Shown here piece by piece: positions 40,762-49,246 of a DNA stretch of 64,000 nucleotides. The notes under the pieces were generated by a model. The model was given only the letters and a program-made list of their open reading frames with translations. It was not told the origin of the DNA and did not search any database. This DNA comes from Candidatus Uhrbacteria bacterium (GTDB lineage Bacteria; Patescibacteriota; Patescibacteriia; UBA9934): assembly GCA_943358395.1 (NCBI GenBank), contig CALRGY010000001.1, positions 8,008 to 72,007 on the forward strand, in the 5' to 3' direction. Within the stretch, counting starts at the first letter, position 1, and the number at the start of each line of letters is the position of its first letter. A program made the position numbers and the translations under genes.

Positions 40762-41258
40762 AGTCTTTTTGATTTACAGAACACTACAATCGCCCAAACG
40801 ATGATCGCGAGCTCAGCAAGAAACGACCAATGTGTGATGAAGCTGAACACCCAAAAGGCGTGAGTCGCGGGAACGGTTACCAAAGAAATACTCTGCGAGC
40901 TCCAAGGATACAACCAGGAGATTCCTCCAGCGAATGTATCGAGAATGAGGTGAAGAAAAATGTTCGAGAAGAAGATGAGAGCGATCGTAGAAACGATGCG
41001 GCTTTTGTAATACAGATTTCCGATCGTGACCGTCACCCATAGCGTGATCCAAAAAATTGGAAGGTGCGTCCAATATTCGTGATGGGGCGTCTGGCGGTGA
41101 TCAATAAAATAAAAATAGAACAAATCAATGTCCGGCAACACACTCGCCACCAAACCAATCCAAAAATACTTCGTTTGGCGGATTCGATCTTGAATTCCCT
41201 TCGTCAAAAGATATCCGGCGGGCAAGTGCGCAAGAAACATACTCAGAAGAGTGTACAC
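40758..41258 (-). CDS. DUF457/YdjM-like membrane-bound metal-dependent hydrolase
   Basis: HLPAGYLL, PDIDLFY and HHEYWTH motifs. Confidence 0.55.
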   Translation of the reverse strand: MYTLLSMFLAHLPAGYLLTKGIQDRIRQTKYFWIGLVASVLPDIDLFYFYFIDHRQTPHHEYWTHLPIFWITLWVTVTIGNLYYKSRIVSTIALIFFSNIFLHLILDTFAGGISWLYPWSSQSISLVTVPATHAFWVFSFITHWSFLAELAIIVWAIVVFCKSKRL

Positions 41259-41360
41259 GAAATCTGAAGAAACCGACCATCCGATCCACCCCTACTGTAA
41301 GTGTCGTAAAACTTATACAGTATGCCATCATCCCCTCACGATCATGTATACTTTTCCTAT

Positions 41361-41630
41361 ATGAAGAGAAGAACACTTGGAATACTGTGTTTGGTAGTTC
41401 CTATTTCACTTATTGTTTGCACACTCTCACTATACGCAATCCTCAGCTTCATTCTTGCAAGCGTCATGGGTTCATCGGGTGAGGCTTCTTCCGCCACAGT
41501 TCTTTTTGGAGGAATTGTGAAAGCTATTCTTAGCGCACTCGGATTGATAGCAGTTTTCGGTATTCCGCTCGGCATTCCTATAGGAATATATCTTCTGTGC
41601 ACACCAGAAAAATTAAAGGGAACTAAATAG
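41361..41630 (+). CDS. small membrane protein (hypothetical)
   Basis: About 90 aa with two TM segments. Confidence 0.35.
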   Translation: MKRRTLGILCLVVPISLIVCTLSLYAILSFILASVMGSSGEASSATVLFGGIVKAILSALGLIAVFGIPLGIPIGIYLLCTPEKLKGTK

Positions 41631-41633
41631 AAT

Positions 41634-41758
41634 TAGGACTTTCTCATTTTAGACCAGTTTCGATGAAGATCGAGGAAATCGTCTGAGACGTACTTCATGG
41701 TACGTTGAAGACGTTTCCGATGATCTGAGTCGAAAATGGGCAAAATGAGGAAGTCCTA
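41634..41758. repeat. 125-bp palindromic dispersed element, copy 6
   Basis: taggactttctcattttagaccag...gagacgtacttcatggtacgttgaag...gaggaagtccta. Confidence 0.85.
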
Positions 41759-41804
41759 AAGTACAAAAAATACCTCACCAATATGATGAGGTATTTTCTT
41801 CTGC

Positions 41805-42203
41805 TTAACGCTTGCGCCACTGTGGTGAACGGCGGGCACCGCGCTTTCCGAACTTCTTACGTTCCTTTTTGCGAGGATCGCGGGTCATGAGACCAGCTGC
41901 TTTGAGCGCTGTTTTCAATTCCACTTCGGAAAGAACGAGCGCACGAGCAATACCGAGACGGGCGGCATCGGCCTGACCGATCGATCCCCCGCCGCTTGTT
42001 TTGATTGTAACGTCGAATTTTTCAGTTGCACCAACTTCTTTCAATGGGCGCATGACCATCCGTTGCAATTCTGCCGTTGGGAAGAAAACCTCAAATGGCT
42101 TTTCGTTCACCGTCATTTTTCCAGAACCCGATGGGTAGAGGCGTACCTGAGCGGTTGCCGTCTTTCTGCGACCGAGAGCCTGAATATATTTCGTGGTTGC
42201 CAT
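41805..42203 (-). CDS. rpsI: 30S ribosomal protein S9
   Basis: C-terminal PQWRKR and a conserved core. Confidence 0.93.
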   Translation of the reverse strand: MATTKYIQALGRRKTATAQVRLYPSGSGKMTVNEKPFEVFFPTAELQRMVMRPLKEVGATEKFDVTIKTSGGGSIGQADAARLGIARALVLSEVELKTALKAAGLMTRDPRKKERKKFGKRGARRSPQWRKR

Positions 42204-42205
42204 AA

Positions 42206-42565
42206 TTACTTGGAAATGGTGAGGCGGAGCATGCGTGCCGTGCGATGCTTATTCTTTGGAAGCATGCGACTTACTGCAGCTTTGAGAACTTCGCGAGGGT
42301 CTTTCTCCCACATTTGGCGCATGGTCTTCGTCTTCAATCCACCTGGGTATCCAGAGTGATGATGATATTCCTTCTCCTCGTACTTCTTTCCTGTGACGAG
42401 AATCTTTTCACAGTTCGTCACAATCACGTCGTCTCCAGCATCGATGTTCGATTGGAAATTTGCATTCGTCTTGCCCATGAGGTGCATGGCAATATCGGTT
42501 GCAAGACGCCCAAGAATTTTTCCGGAAGCATCGACCGAGTAGGTTTTTCGAGTAATGATTGCCAT
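42206..42565 (-). CDS. rplM: 50S ribosomal protein L13
   Basis: GKILGRLATDIA and HHHSGYPGG blocks; start at MAIITRK. Confidence 0.9.
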   Translation of the reverse strand: MAIITRKTYSVDASGKILGRLATDIAMHLMGKTNANFQSNIDAGDDVIVTNCEKILVTGKKYEEKEYHHHSGYPGGLKTKTMRQMWEKDPREVLKAAVSRMLPKNKHRTARMLRLTISK

Positions 42566-42566
42566 A

Positions 42567-42950
42567 TTAGACGAATTCAATAACAGCGACTTCTGCGGCA
42601 TCACCCTGACGAATACCCATCTTTGTCAGACGAGTGTATCCACCATTGCGATCCTTAAACCGTGGCGCAAGAACTTCGATAAGCTTTTTCACCGGCTGCT
42701 CTGTTGAGAAGTAGGCTAAAAGCTGACGACGAGATGCAAGAGTATTGGTTTTTGCTACCGTAATCATCTTTTCGACGACTGGACGAAAAACCTTTGCCTT
42801 GCCAGCGGTGACTTCAATACGCTCATATGTAACCATCGCCGTAACGAGGTCACGAATGAGAGCTTTGCGAGCCGAGGACTTTCGCCCTAATGTTTTTGTA
42901 GTATTTCTGTGGCGCATACAATTATTCTTGTGGTGCGTCTTCCGCAGCAC
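42567..42950 (-). CDS. rplQ: 50S ribosomal protein L17
   Basis: [19 protein letters not shown] and FEVTAGKA blocks. Confidence 0.9.
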   Translation of the reverse strand: MLRKTHHKNNCMRHRNTTKTLGRKSSARKALIRDLVTAMVTYERIEVTAGKAKVFRPVVEKMITVAKTNTLASRRQLLAYFSTEQPVKKLIEVLAPRFKDRNGGYTRLTKMGIRQGDAAEVAVIEFV

Positions 42951-43668
42951 GAGTAATTTGTTCCGTAAGACTTGCGTGGCTCAACTGACCTTGAATCCAC
43001 GTAAAATGGTTCAATAAAATTTTCGTTGTCTGTTCAACCGCTTCCTGAGGAGTAACGGTTCCGTCGGTGGTGATATTCATGATGAGCTTATCGTAGTTGG
43101 TGATTTCTCCAACGCGAGTATTCTCCACACGGAATCCTACGTTCCGCACTGGGCTAAACATTGCATCAACAGCGATGACGCCAATTTCCGTTGGCGCGCT
43201 GTCACGTTCTTCCGTGGGAACGTACCCACGACCACGAGAAACAGTGATTTCCATATCGAACGGTGTCTTTGCATCTGTAATGGTTGCAATTTCAAGTTCT
43301 GGATTTGCGATATCGACATCGGCATTCTTTTCAATTGCCGCAGCAGTCACAACACCAACTTTATTTGTTACAAGTTTGAGAACAACTGGTTCTTCGCTGT
43401 GCACACGCATGCGAAGCTTCTTGATATTGAGCATGATGTCGAGCACATCTTCTTTCACCCCAGGAACCGTAGAAAACTCGTGTTGAACGCCTTTGATTTT
43501 CATTGCCGTAACAGCCGCACCAGGAAGTGATGACAAAAGAACACGACGGAGCGAATTCCCAACCGTTGTTCCGTATCCGTGATGGAGCGGTTCAATGGTT
43601 AAAATTGATTCGTTTGCAACAACGCCGGGGGCGAAGTGCATCTTTGACGGAAGAAAAATGGTCTCCAT
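42922..43668 (-). CDS. rpoA: DNA-directed RNA polymerase alpha subunit, N-terminal domain only (no alpha-CTD apparent)
   Basis: Alpha N-terminal domain ([17 protein letters not shown]); 248 aa ending shortly after the N-terminal domain; overlaps rplQ by 29 nt. Confidence 0.85.
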   Translation of the reverse strand: METIFLPSKMHFAPGVVANESILTIEPLHHGYGTTVGNSLRRVLLSSLPGAAVTAMKIKGVQHEFSTVPGVKEDVLDIMLNIKKLRMRVHSEEPVVLKLVTNKVGVVTAAAIEKNADVDIANPELEIATITDAKTPFDMEITVSRGRGYVPTEERDSAPTEIGVIAVDAMFSPVRNVGFRVENTRVGEITNYDKLIMNITTDGTVTPQEAVEQTTKILLNHFTWIQGQLSHASLTEQITRAAEDAPQE

Positions 43669-43693
43669 AGGGAAGGTTATGAGACGAATGCGA

Positions 43694-44314
43694 TTACCGC
43701 ATTGAGTAAAACTCGATAATGAGCTTTGGATCGTATGCTTCCTTCAAATCATCCCCCATTGGAAGACTCACCACTTTACCAACCAAATCGTCACGATGTA
43801 ACCAACCAGCAACACGATGCGTCTTCAAACGCTCTTCAAGATCTGTAAACACTTTCTTCTCTTTCTTGCTTGCCTTAATTTCAATCACGTCATTCACCTG
43901 CACAGTATACGATGGAATGTTTAATTTCTTTCCATTCACAAAGAACATGCAGTGGCTTACCATTTGACGCGCCTGAGGACGAGTCTTTGCAAAGCCAAGG
44001 CGATATACCGTGTTATCCAATCGCTGCTCAAGCAAACGACCAAGATTTTCCCCGGTGTTCCCTTCCATGCGTGTTGCCTTGACGAAATAATTACGGAACT
44101 GTCGCTCCATAATACCGTACAATCGCTTTGCCTTCTGCTTTTCGCGCAATTGAGTGCCGAAAACAGAAACTTTCGCTGGACGACCGCCCGCTTTTCCGTG
44201 AACGCCAGGAGCGTACGGACGCTTTTGCATGACCTTAAGCACGCTCGTAGATGCCGACAATGCGACACCCTCACGACGGCTCATCTTTCCCATTGGAATA
44301 AGAGTCTTTCCCAT
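43694..44314 (-). CDS. rpsD: 30S ribosomal protein S4
   Basis: S4 N-terminal region and the S4 RNA-binding domain. Confidence 0.92.
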   Translation of the reverse strand: MGKTLIPMGKMSRREGVALSASTSVLKVMQKRPYAPGVHGKAGGRPAKVSVFGTQLREKQKAKRLYGIMERQFRNYFVKATRMEGNTGENLGRLLEQRLDNTVYRLGFAKTRPQARQMVSHCMFFVNGKKLNIPSYTVQVNDVIEIKASKKEKKVFTDLEERLKTHRVAGWLHRDDLVGKVVSLPMGDDLKEAYDPKLIIEFYSMR

Positions 44315-44317
44315 AGA

Positions 44318-44776
44318 TTACATGCGACGAGCACGACGTGGACGGCAGCCATTGTGTGGCACCGGTGTCGTGTCTTTAATGGAGAGAACGTTGAATCCCA
44401 CTGTGTTGAGTGCGCGTACTGCAGCATCTCGGCCGTTACCGATACCCGTCACAAATACATGCACATCCTTCAAGCCAAACTGTTCCACTTTCTCAAACAC
44501 CTTCTTCACAATAACGCTTGCTGCGAAAGGCGTTGCCTTCTTTGGACCTTTAAAGCCACAATTTCCAGCACTGGACCACGCAACAATGTTTCCGTTCGGA
44601 TCAGTCAACGATACAATGGTGTTGTTGAAACTTGCATGAACGTACGCGCGGCCTTGAGGAATCTGACGCACCGCCTTTTTCTTCCCTTTTACCGCTCCAC
44701 GTGCCGGCTTTCCAGCTACCGTCTTTGCGTCGCCGTCAGTTACAGCAGCAGGAGTAATGATTTCTTCTTCAGTCAT
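44318..44776 (-). CDS. rpsK: 30S ribosomal protein S11
   Basis: Conserved S11 core (GRAYVHASFNNTIV, TGIGNGRDAA). Confidence 0.93.
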   Translation of the reverse strand: MTEEEIITPAAVTDGDAKTVAGKPARGAVKGKKKAVRQIPQGRAYVHASFNNTIVSLTDPNGNIVAWSSAGNCGFKGPKKATPFAASVIVKKVFEKVEQFGLKDVHVFVTGIGNGRDAAVRALNTVGFNVLSIKDTTPVPHNGCRPRRARRM

Positions 44777-44779
44777 AGC

Positions 44780-45166
44780 TTAGGTCTTAGCAAGAGTACG
44801 ACGACCACTTCCAGCAGTCTTACGAACATTCCCACGAACAGTACGGGAATTAGACTTTGTTCGCTGACCACGAACCGGCAAGCCACGCGTGTGACGGGTT
44901 CCGCGGTATGACGCGATGTCTTTTAATCGCTTAATGTTCGAAAGAACATCTCGACGAAGCTCGCCTTCAACGCGATATTCCTTTTCCACAATCACACGAA
45001 CTGCATTTTCTTGATCCAATGTGAGGTCCTTCACTCGAAGGTTACCATCAACACCGGAGCGAGTGAGAACATCTGCGGATCGCTTTTCGCCGATACCGTA
45101 AATATACTGCAATGCAACGTATAATTTCTTCTGCGTTGGTAATGTAACACCAGCAATACGTGCCAT
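44780..45166 (-). CDS. rpsM: 30S ribosomal protein S13
   Basis: MARIAGV... and ...RGLPVRGQRTK. Confidence 0.93.
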   Translation of the reverse strand: MARIAGVTLPTQKKLYVALQYIYGIGEKRSADVLTRSGVDGNLRVKDLTLDQENAVRVIVEKEYRVEGELRRDVLSNIKRLKDIASYRGTRHTRGLPVRGQRTKSNSRTVRGNVRKTAGSGRRTLAKT

Positions 45167-45170
45167 AGAT

Positions 45171-45284
45171 TTAGCCTTGACGTTGCTTATGCTTAGGAGT
45201 CTTACAAATCACCCGTACCCGACCCTCACGACGGATCGTCTGGCAATCACGACACATTTTCTTCACGGAAGCGCGAACCTTCAT
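45171..45284 (-). CDS. rpmJ: 50S ribosomal protein L36
   Basis: Reverse-complement translation [37 protein letters not shown] (37 aa, C-x2-C...C zinc ribbon); missing from the ORF track because it is under 60 aa. Confidence 0.9.
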   Translation of the reverse strand: MKVRASVKKMCRDCQTIRREGRVRVICKTPKHKQRQG

Positions 45285-45384
45285 AAGGAGGTACTAATTA
45301 CGTTACGCAGTGATAAAAGACAAAATCATCTGAAACAACTTCAAGATGATTGTGAATGAGGCTCGAGATTCCGTCTCAGATGAG

Positions 45385-45509
45385 TTAAACGGTTCCAGTT
45401 TAGGCGAGTTTCGATGCGCATCGAGCAAAGCTTCCGAGACGTACTTCACGGTACGTTGAGGAAGTTTGCGATGATGCAAGTCGAAAATCAACAAACTGGG
45501 GCCGTTTAA
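45385..45509. repeat. 125-bp palindromic dispersed element, copy 7 (divergent termini)
   Basis: Termini ttaaacggttccagttt and aaactggggccgtttaa around the conserved centre cgagacgtacttcacggtacgttgagg. Confidence 0.8.
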
Positions 45510-45721
45510 AATCTGAACGTGATTCGTGCTTTCGTGAGATCATACGGACTGATCTCAACTTTGACGTCGTCACCAGGAAGGACTCGAATGCGATTTTTTC
45601 GCAACTTCCCTGCCAAGTGACCAACAACTTCGCGGTCATTTTCGAGCTTTACCCGGAAGCTTCCACCAGGAAGGCTTTCCAGAATCTCACCGCGCATTTC
45701 AATAAAATCTTTTTCTGCCAT
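45506..45721 (-). CDS. infA: translation initiation factor IF-1
   Basis: 71 aa S1-like fold ([18 protein letters not shown]). Confidence 0.92.
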   Translation of the reverse strand: MAEKDFIEMRGEILESLPGGSFRVKLENDREVVGHLAGKLRKNRIRVLPGDDVKVEISPYDLTKARITFRF

Positions 45722-45818
45722 AACTAGCGAGAGTATACCACATTCGCTTTGCAGCGAGCGCGGTACTACCGCGAAAGTAAAGCACGAAAAGTATAAGATA
45801 CCCCCACCGAAGTGTCAA

Positions 45819-47744
45819 TCATTTACCCCCATATTCACTCTTTCTTCCCAAAATTGCCTTTATTCTACGTACTCCCGCAGAAACTGCCTCTTCCTTCACA
45901 AGAGTAATTCCACCAAGTTCTCCCGTGTGCTCTACATGAGGTCCCCCGCAAATTTCTTTACTAAAATCCCCAACAGAATACACCTTAATCTTGTCACCGA
46001 TCGTCGCGTACTTGTCGCCGAAGAGCCCAATAGCGCCACGATCCTTCGCCTCATCCACCGTGAGCATCTCAAATTTCACCGGAAGATCCTTCGTGATCTG
46101 TTCATTGATGATCTTTTCAACCTCAGTAACCTGTTCAGGAGTCATCTTTTCACCGTGGCTAAAGTCAAACCGCAGTCGTTCCGCCGTGATATTACTGCCT
46201 TTTTGGGCGACATGATTACCGAGCACCGTCCGCAACGCCTGATGCAAAAGATGCGTCGCTGTATGCAATTTCGTGGTTTCCACGGAATGATCGGCTAATC
46301 CCCCGGCGAACTTCTGCTCCGATCCGGCACGAGACAAATCTTGGTGTTTCTTAAAATCAACCGCGAATTGATCGGCGTCGACGTTGAGACTATACGATCG
46401 CTGCAACTCTTCCGTTGTCAGTTCCAACGGAAAACCAAAGCTTTGATACAGGTTAAACGCATCCGTCCCCGTCACCCCGTTCCCGCGATCCACAATCTTC
46501 TTCAGCTCACGAAGCCCCTGCTCAATAGTCTTCGCAAACTTTGTTTCCTCGGTTTCGATGGCACCCAGGATCGCTTCTCGCTTTTCATCGAGATTCGGAT
46601 ACGCCTCCTTATACATCTCGATGTAGGCCTCAGAAACCGATCGCACGATGGCATTCGCGACTCCGAGCTTCCGGGCAAAACGCACAGCTCTTCGAAGCAA
46701 ACGGCGAACGAAATACCCCTGATCCTTATTCCCCGGCAACACCCCGTCACCAATAAGGAATGTTGCAGCACGAATATGATCAAGAATCACCCGGAATGCG
46801 TAGGTATCCTCGTCATTCGACCCATAAGTCTTATTTGTCGAATGTTCGAGTGCTGCTCGTGCTGATGAAAACGCATCAATCAAAAACACATCCGGATTCC
46901 CATTCACCGCAGCCGCAATACGCTCTAATCCCCCACCGAAATCAACATTTCTCTGTGGCAATGCCTTAAATCCTTCTGCCGTTTTCACGTACTGCATGAA
47001 CACGTTGTTGCCGATCTCCATGAATCGGCCGCAATCACAGTTCACATGACACACAGGATCGGCGAGTGGAGACTGTTCATGAAGACCAAGTTCTACGCCA
47101 AAATCCCAAAACATTTCTGTATCTGGACCACCGGGTTCACCAATTGGCATGTTCGCTGGAACTCCAGCACGGCTCCACCAGTTTTTCTTTTCAGGGTACG
47201 TAAAAATACGACCACCCTGTAATCCGTTCGTATCCGCATCTTCGATAACAGACGTATCGATTCCAGAATCCGCGAAACATTTCGTCCAAAGCGCAATCGC
47301 CTCGTCATCACGACCCACTCCGATGTCGGAGTTTCCGCGAAACACCGTCACGTACAAATTCTTCGGCTCGAGTTTCAATTCGCCGATCAAAAACTCATAC
47401 ATCCACGGAATCTGTTCGTTCTTGAAGTAGTCGCCCAGACTCCAGTTGCCGAGCATTTCAAAGAATGTGGTGTGGCGGTTGTCGCCGACTTCTTCGATGT
47501 CTCCAGAACGGAAGCACTTCTGACTATCGGCAATACGGGTTCCCGCGGCGTGTTTCTCGCCAAGAAGATACTGAATCATCGGCTGCATCCCCGATCCCGT
47601 AAAAAGGGTTGTTGGATCATTTTCCGGCAATAATGACGACGACGGGATAACGGCATGCCCGTGTTTTTTAAAGAAATCAAGGTATTTTTGACGAATGTCG
47701 TTGGTGGTAAGCATAGAAAGATGAAGGAATTGTAGCCGAAGCAT
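45819..47744 (-). CDS. alaS: alanyl-tRNA synthetase (short form: catalytic, tRNA-recognition and editing domains, no C-Ala domain)
   Basis: FFKKHGH, SLLP.NDPTTLFT, the editing HxxxH motif (HTATHLLH) and the GGPHV region; only 641 aa. Confidence 0.88.
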   Translation of the reverse strand: MLRLQFLHLSMLTTNDIRQKYLDFFKKHGHAVIPSSSLLPENDPTTLFTGSGMQPMIQYLLGEKHAAGTRIADSQKCFRSGDIEEVGDNRHTTFFEMLGNWSLGDYFKNEQIPWMYEFLIGELKLEPKNLYVTVFRGNSDIGVGRDDEAIALWTKCFADSGIDTSVIEDADTNGLQGGRIFTYPEKKNWWSRAGVPANMPIGEPGGPDTEMFWDFGVELGLHEQSPLADPVCHVNCDCGRFMEIGNNVFMQYVKTAEGFKALPQRNVDFGGGLERIAAAVNGNPDVFLIDAFSSARAALEHSTNKTYGSNDEDTYAFRVILDHIRAATFLIGDGVLPGNKDQGYFVRRLLRRAVRFARKLGVANAIVRSVSEAYIEMYKEAYPNLDEKREAILGAIETEETKFAKTIEQGLRELKKIVDRGNGVTGTDAFNLYQSFGFPLELTTEELQRSYSLNVDADQFAVDFKKHQDLSRAGSEQKFAGGLADHSVETTKLHTATHLLHQALRTVLGNHVAQKGSNITAERLRFDFSHGEKMTPEQVTEVEKIINEQITKDLPVKFEMLTVDEAKDRGAIGLFGDKYATIGDKIKVYSVGDFSKEICGGPHVEHTGELGGITLVKEEAVSAGVRRIKAILGRKSEYGGK

Positions 47745-48600
47745 TGATGGGATGGAAGGGAATCGGAGGAAAAGTGTGTGAAAGTGAAGGGAGTCTTTGG
47801 AGGGGGTTGGGAAGAAGTGAGTCTTGGAATGGGCTGTGAACGGGGAGTCGGAGGGGGTGGGGCTTGCGTTTTCAAAAGGGGCATCCTACTAATGCAACTG
47901 AGTTGCATGTAGGGGATGGGATAGCGATTGGGATTCGATGAGGATCGATTGTGTTTATCGAGAATGATCGAGATTCTGATGGAGACGGTCGATGTGATGT
48001 TTCATAGGTTTTTTTGCGTACCATCGATCGTGTTGATCGATTTTCACCATCGGAATCTGACCATATGCTTTGAAAAAAGAGTGCTCTCGCTAACGCGAAT
48101 GATTCGCGATAAGGAAACGGTCATCGATATTCGGTGCCCCGATGAGGTACGGCGACAAGGCGTAGAATCGACGATTCATGATCGTGAGCATTACAGTCGT
48201 CTTTCGCTGATTTCACTGTTACGCCGTGTTCAGATGGAAAGTTTTTCAACCCTCAAAAGCGAGGGCGCCTTCACAAAACGCGATACCCAAGCTGCCGAAT
48301 ATACCCGTCGATAGCACCTATCGCATCACGTTCGCTTCCTAATCTCAAACCCATTCCAAAGATTCCCATCACTTCACGATCCCTCACCCTCTCCAACTCC
48401 CCCTTCCCACTTCGCTCTTCGAGCTTCGAGGGACAAGTGGCAGGAGGAGGGTTCTCATCCAACTCTCACAACCCACCCCAAAGACTCACATCACTTCCCA
48501 TTTCACGTTCCCGTCACCACATTCCCAACACCCTCCAAAGACTCACCTCACTTCCCATTCCCAACCCCTTCAAAAGATCACTCTCACGTCCCCTCATCCC
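47745..48600. repeat. 0.9-kb composite element A: G-rich tandem-repeat arm / ~400-bp non-coding core / C-rich arm
   Basis: G-arm 47750-47930 carries repeated gtgagtctttggaggggttggg units; the core begins ctaatgcaactgagttgcat and contains gcgaatgattcgc; the C-arm 48330-48600 is the inverted complement of the G-arm motifs; homologous but inverted relative to 56022-56950. Confidence 0.75.
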
Positions 48601-49246
48601 ACGTCACCCTCCCATCCCCAGCACTATCAATATCCTCCCCCAATACTCGTGGCGACGCATGCGTTATCACATCAATCATCGCTTTTACATTCGCGAATAT
48701 TTCGCGTGCGGTATACCGAACAATGCCCCGATATGTTCGACGATCTGCCGCAACACCTTGCGCCTCAATCCCGAATGCATTCGCAAGATACAGTGCTCTG
48801 GGAAGATGGTACGCCTGCGTGACAATAATCGCCTTCGTCACACCAAAGACGTTCTTTGCCCGAATCATCGAATCGTACGTATCAAACCCAGCGTGGTCGA
48901 GAAAAATGTCGTCAGGGTCAACATTCGCTCCAAGCAAATACAGACGCATCGCATTCACTTCATCGTATTCGATTTGCCCATCATCGCCACTCACCAAAAT
49001 CTTCTCAATGAATCCTGCACGATACAAATCAACTGCCGTCACCAAACGATCCCGTAAAATGTCCGACGGCTCACCATTCGCTCTCACACTTGCCCCAAGC
49101 ACAATAGCAATTGGCGCATAGCTCACCTGATCTATTGGTACAATCGCCGATCGGAACTGAAAAATAATCACATTCATTCCCAACGCCACACACGCCCAAA
49201 AGGCTACAATACACCCCAAAAAGACCAATACTCGTCTTTTCCTCAT
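48584..49246 (-). CDS. DUF218 (SanA/YdcF-like) protein, second paralogue
   Basis: N-terminal TM anchor, then IVLGASV...DGQIEYDE... blocks; start at MRKRRVLVFLG; the C-terminal 19 aa are encoded by the end of the C-rich repeat arm. Confidence 0.55.
   Translation of the reverse strand: MRKRRVLVFLGCIVAFWACVALGMNVIIFQFRSAIVPIDQVSYAPIAIVLGASVRANGEPSDILRDRLVTAVDLYRAGFIEKILVSGDDGQIEYDEVNAMRLYLLGANVDPDDIFLDHAGFDTYDSMIRAKNVFGVTKAIIVTQAYHLPRALYLANAFGIEAQGVAADRRTYRGIVRYTAREIFANVKAMIDVITHASPRVLGEDIDSAGDGRVTWDEGT

Noticed and set aside
45400-45639. 79-aa minus-strand ORF ending …FRLASSQTSSTYREVRLGSFARCASKLA
   Set aside because: It reads straight through palindromic repeat copy 7. The same pseudo-peptide (HFRLASS.RSTYHEVRL..FPRCAPKLVEN) appears wherever the repeat is translated (N-terminal extension of 50825..52168 and ORF 8624..9325), so it is repeat-derived and not a gene.
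47750-47930. Possible CRISPR array (regularly spaced G-rich direct repeats)
   Set aside because: Units are about 40 bp and contiguous with no unique spacers, the same units occur inverted on the other arm, and no cas genes are nearby. This is a tandem-repeat arm, not CRISPR.
48437-49057. 206-aa proline/serine-rich ORF on the + strand
   Set aside because: It is simply the translation of the C-rich tandem-repeat arm of composite element A and the antisense of the DUF218 gene. It has no start context and no domain.
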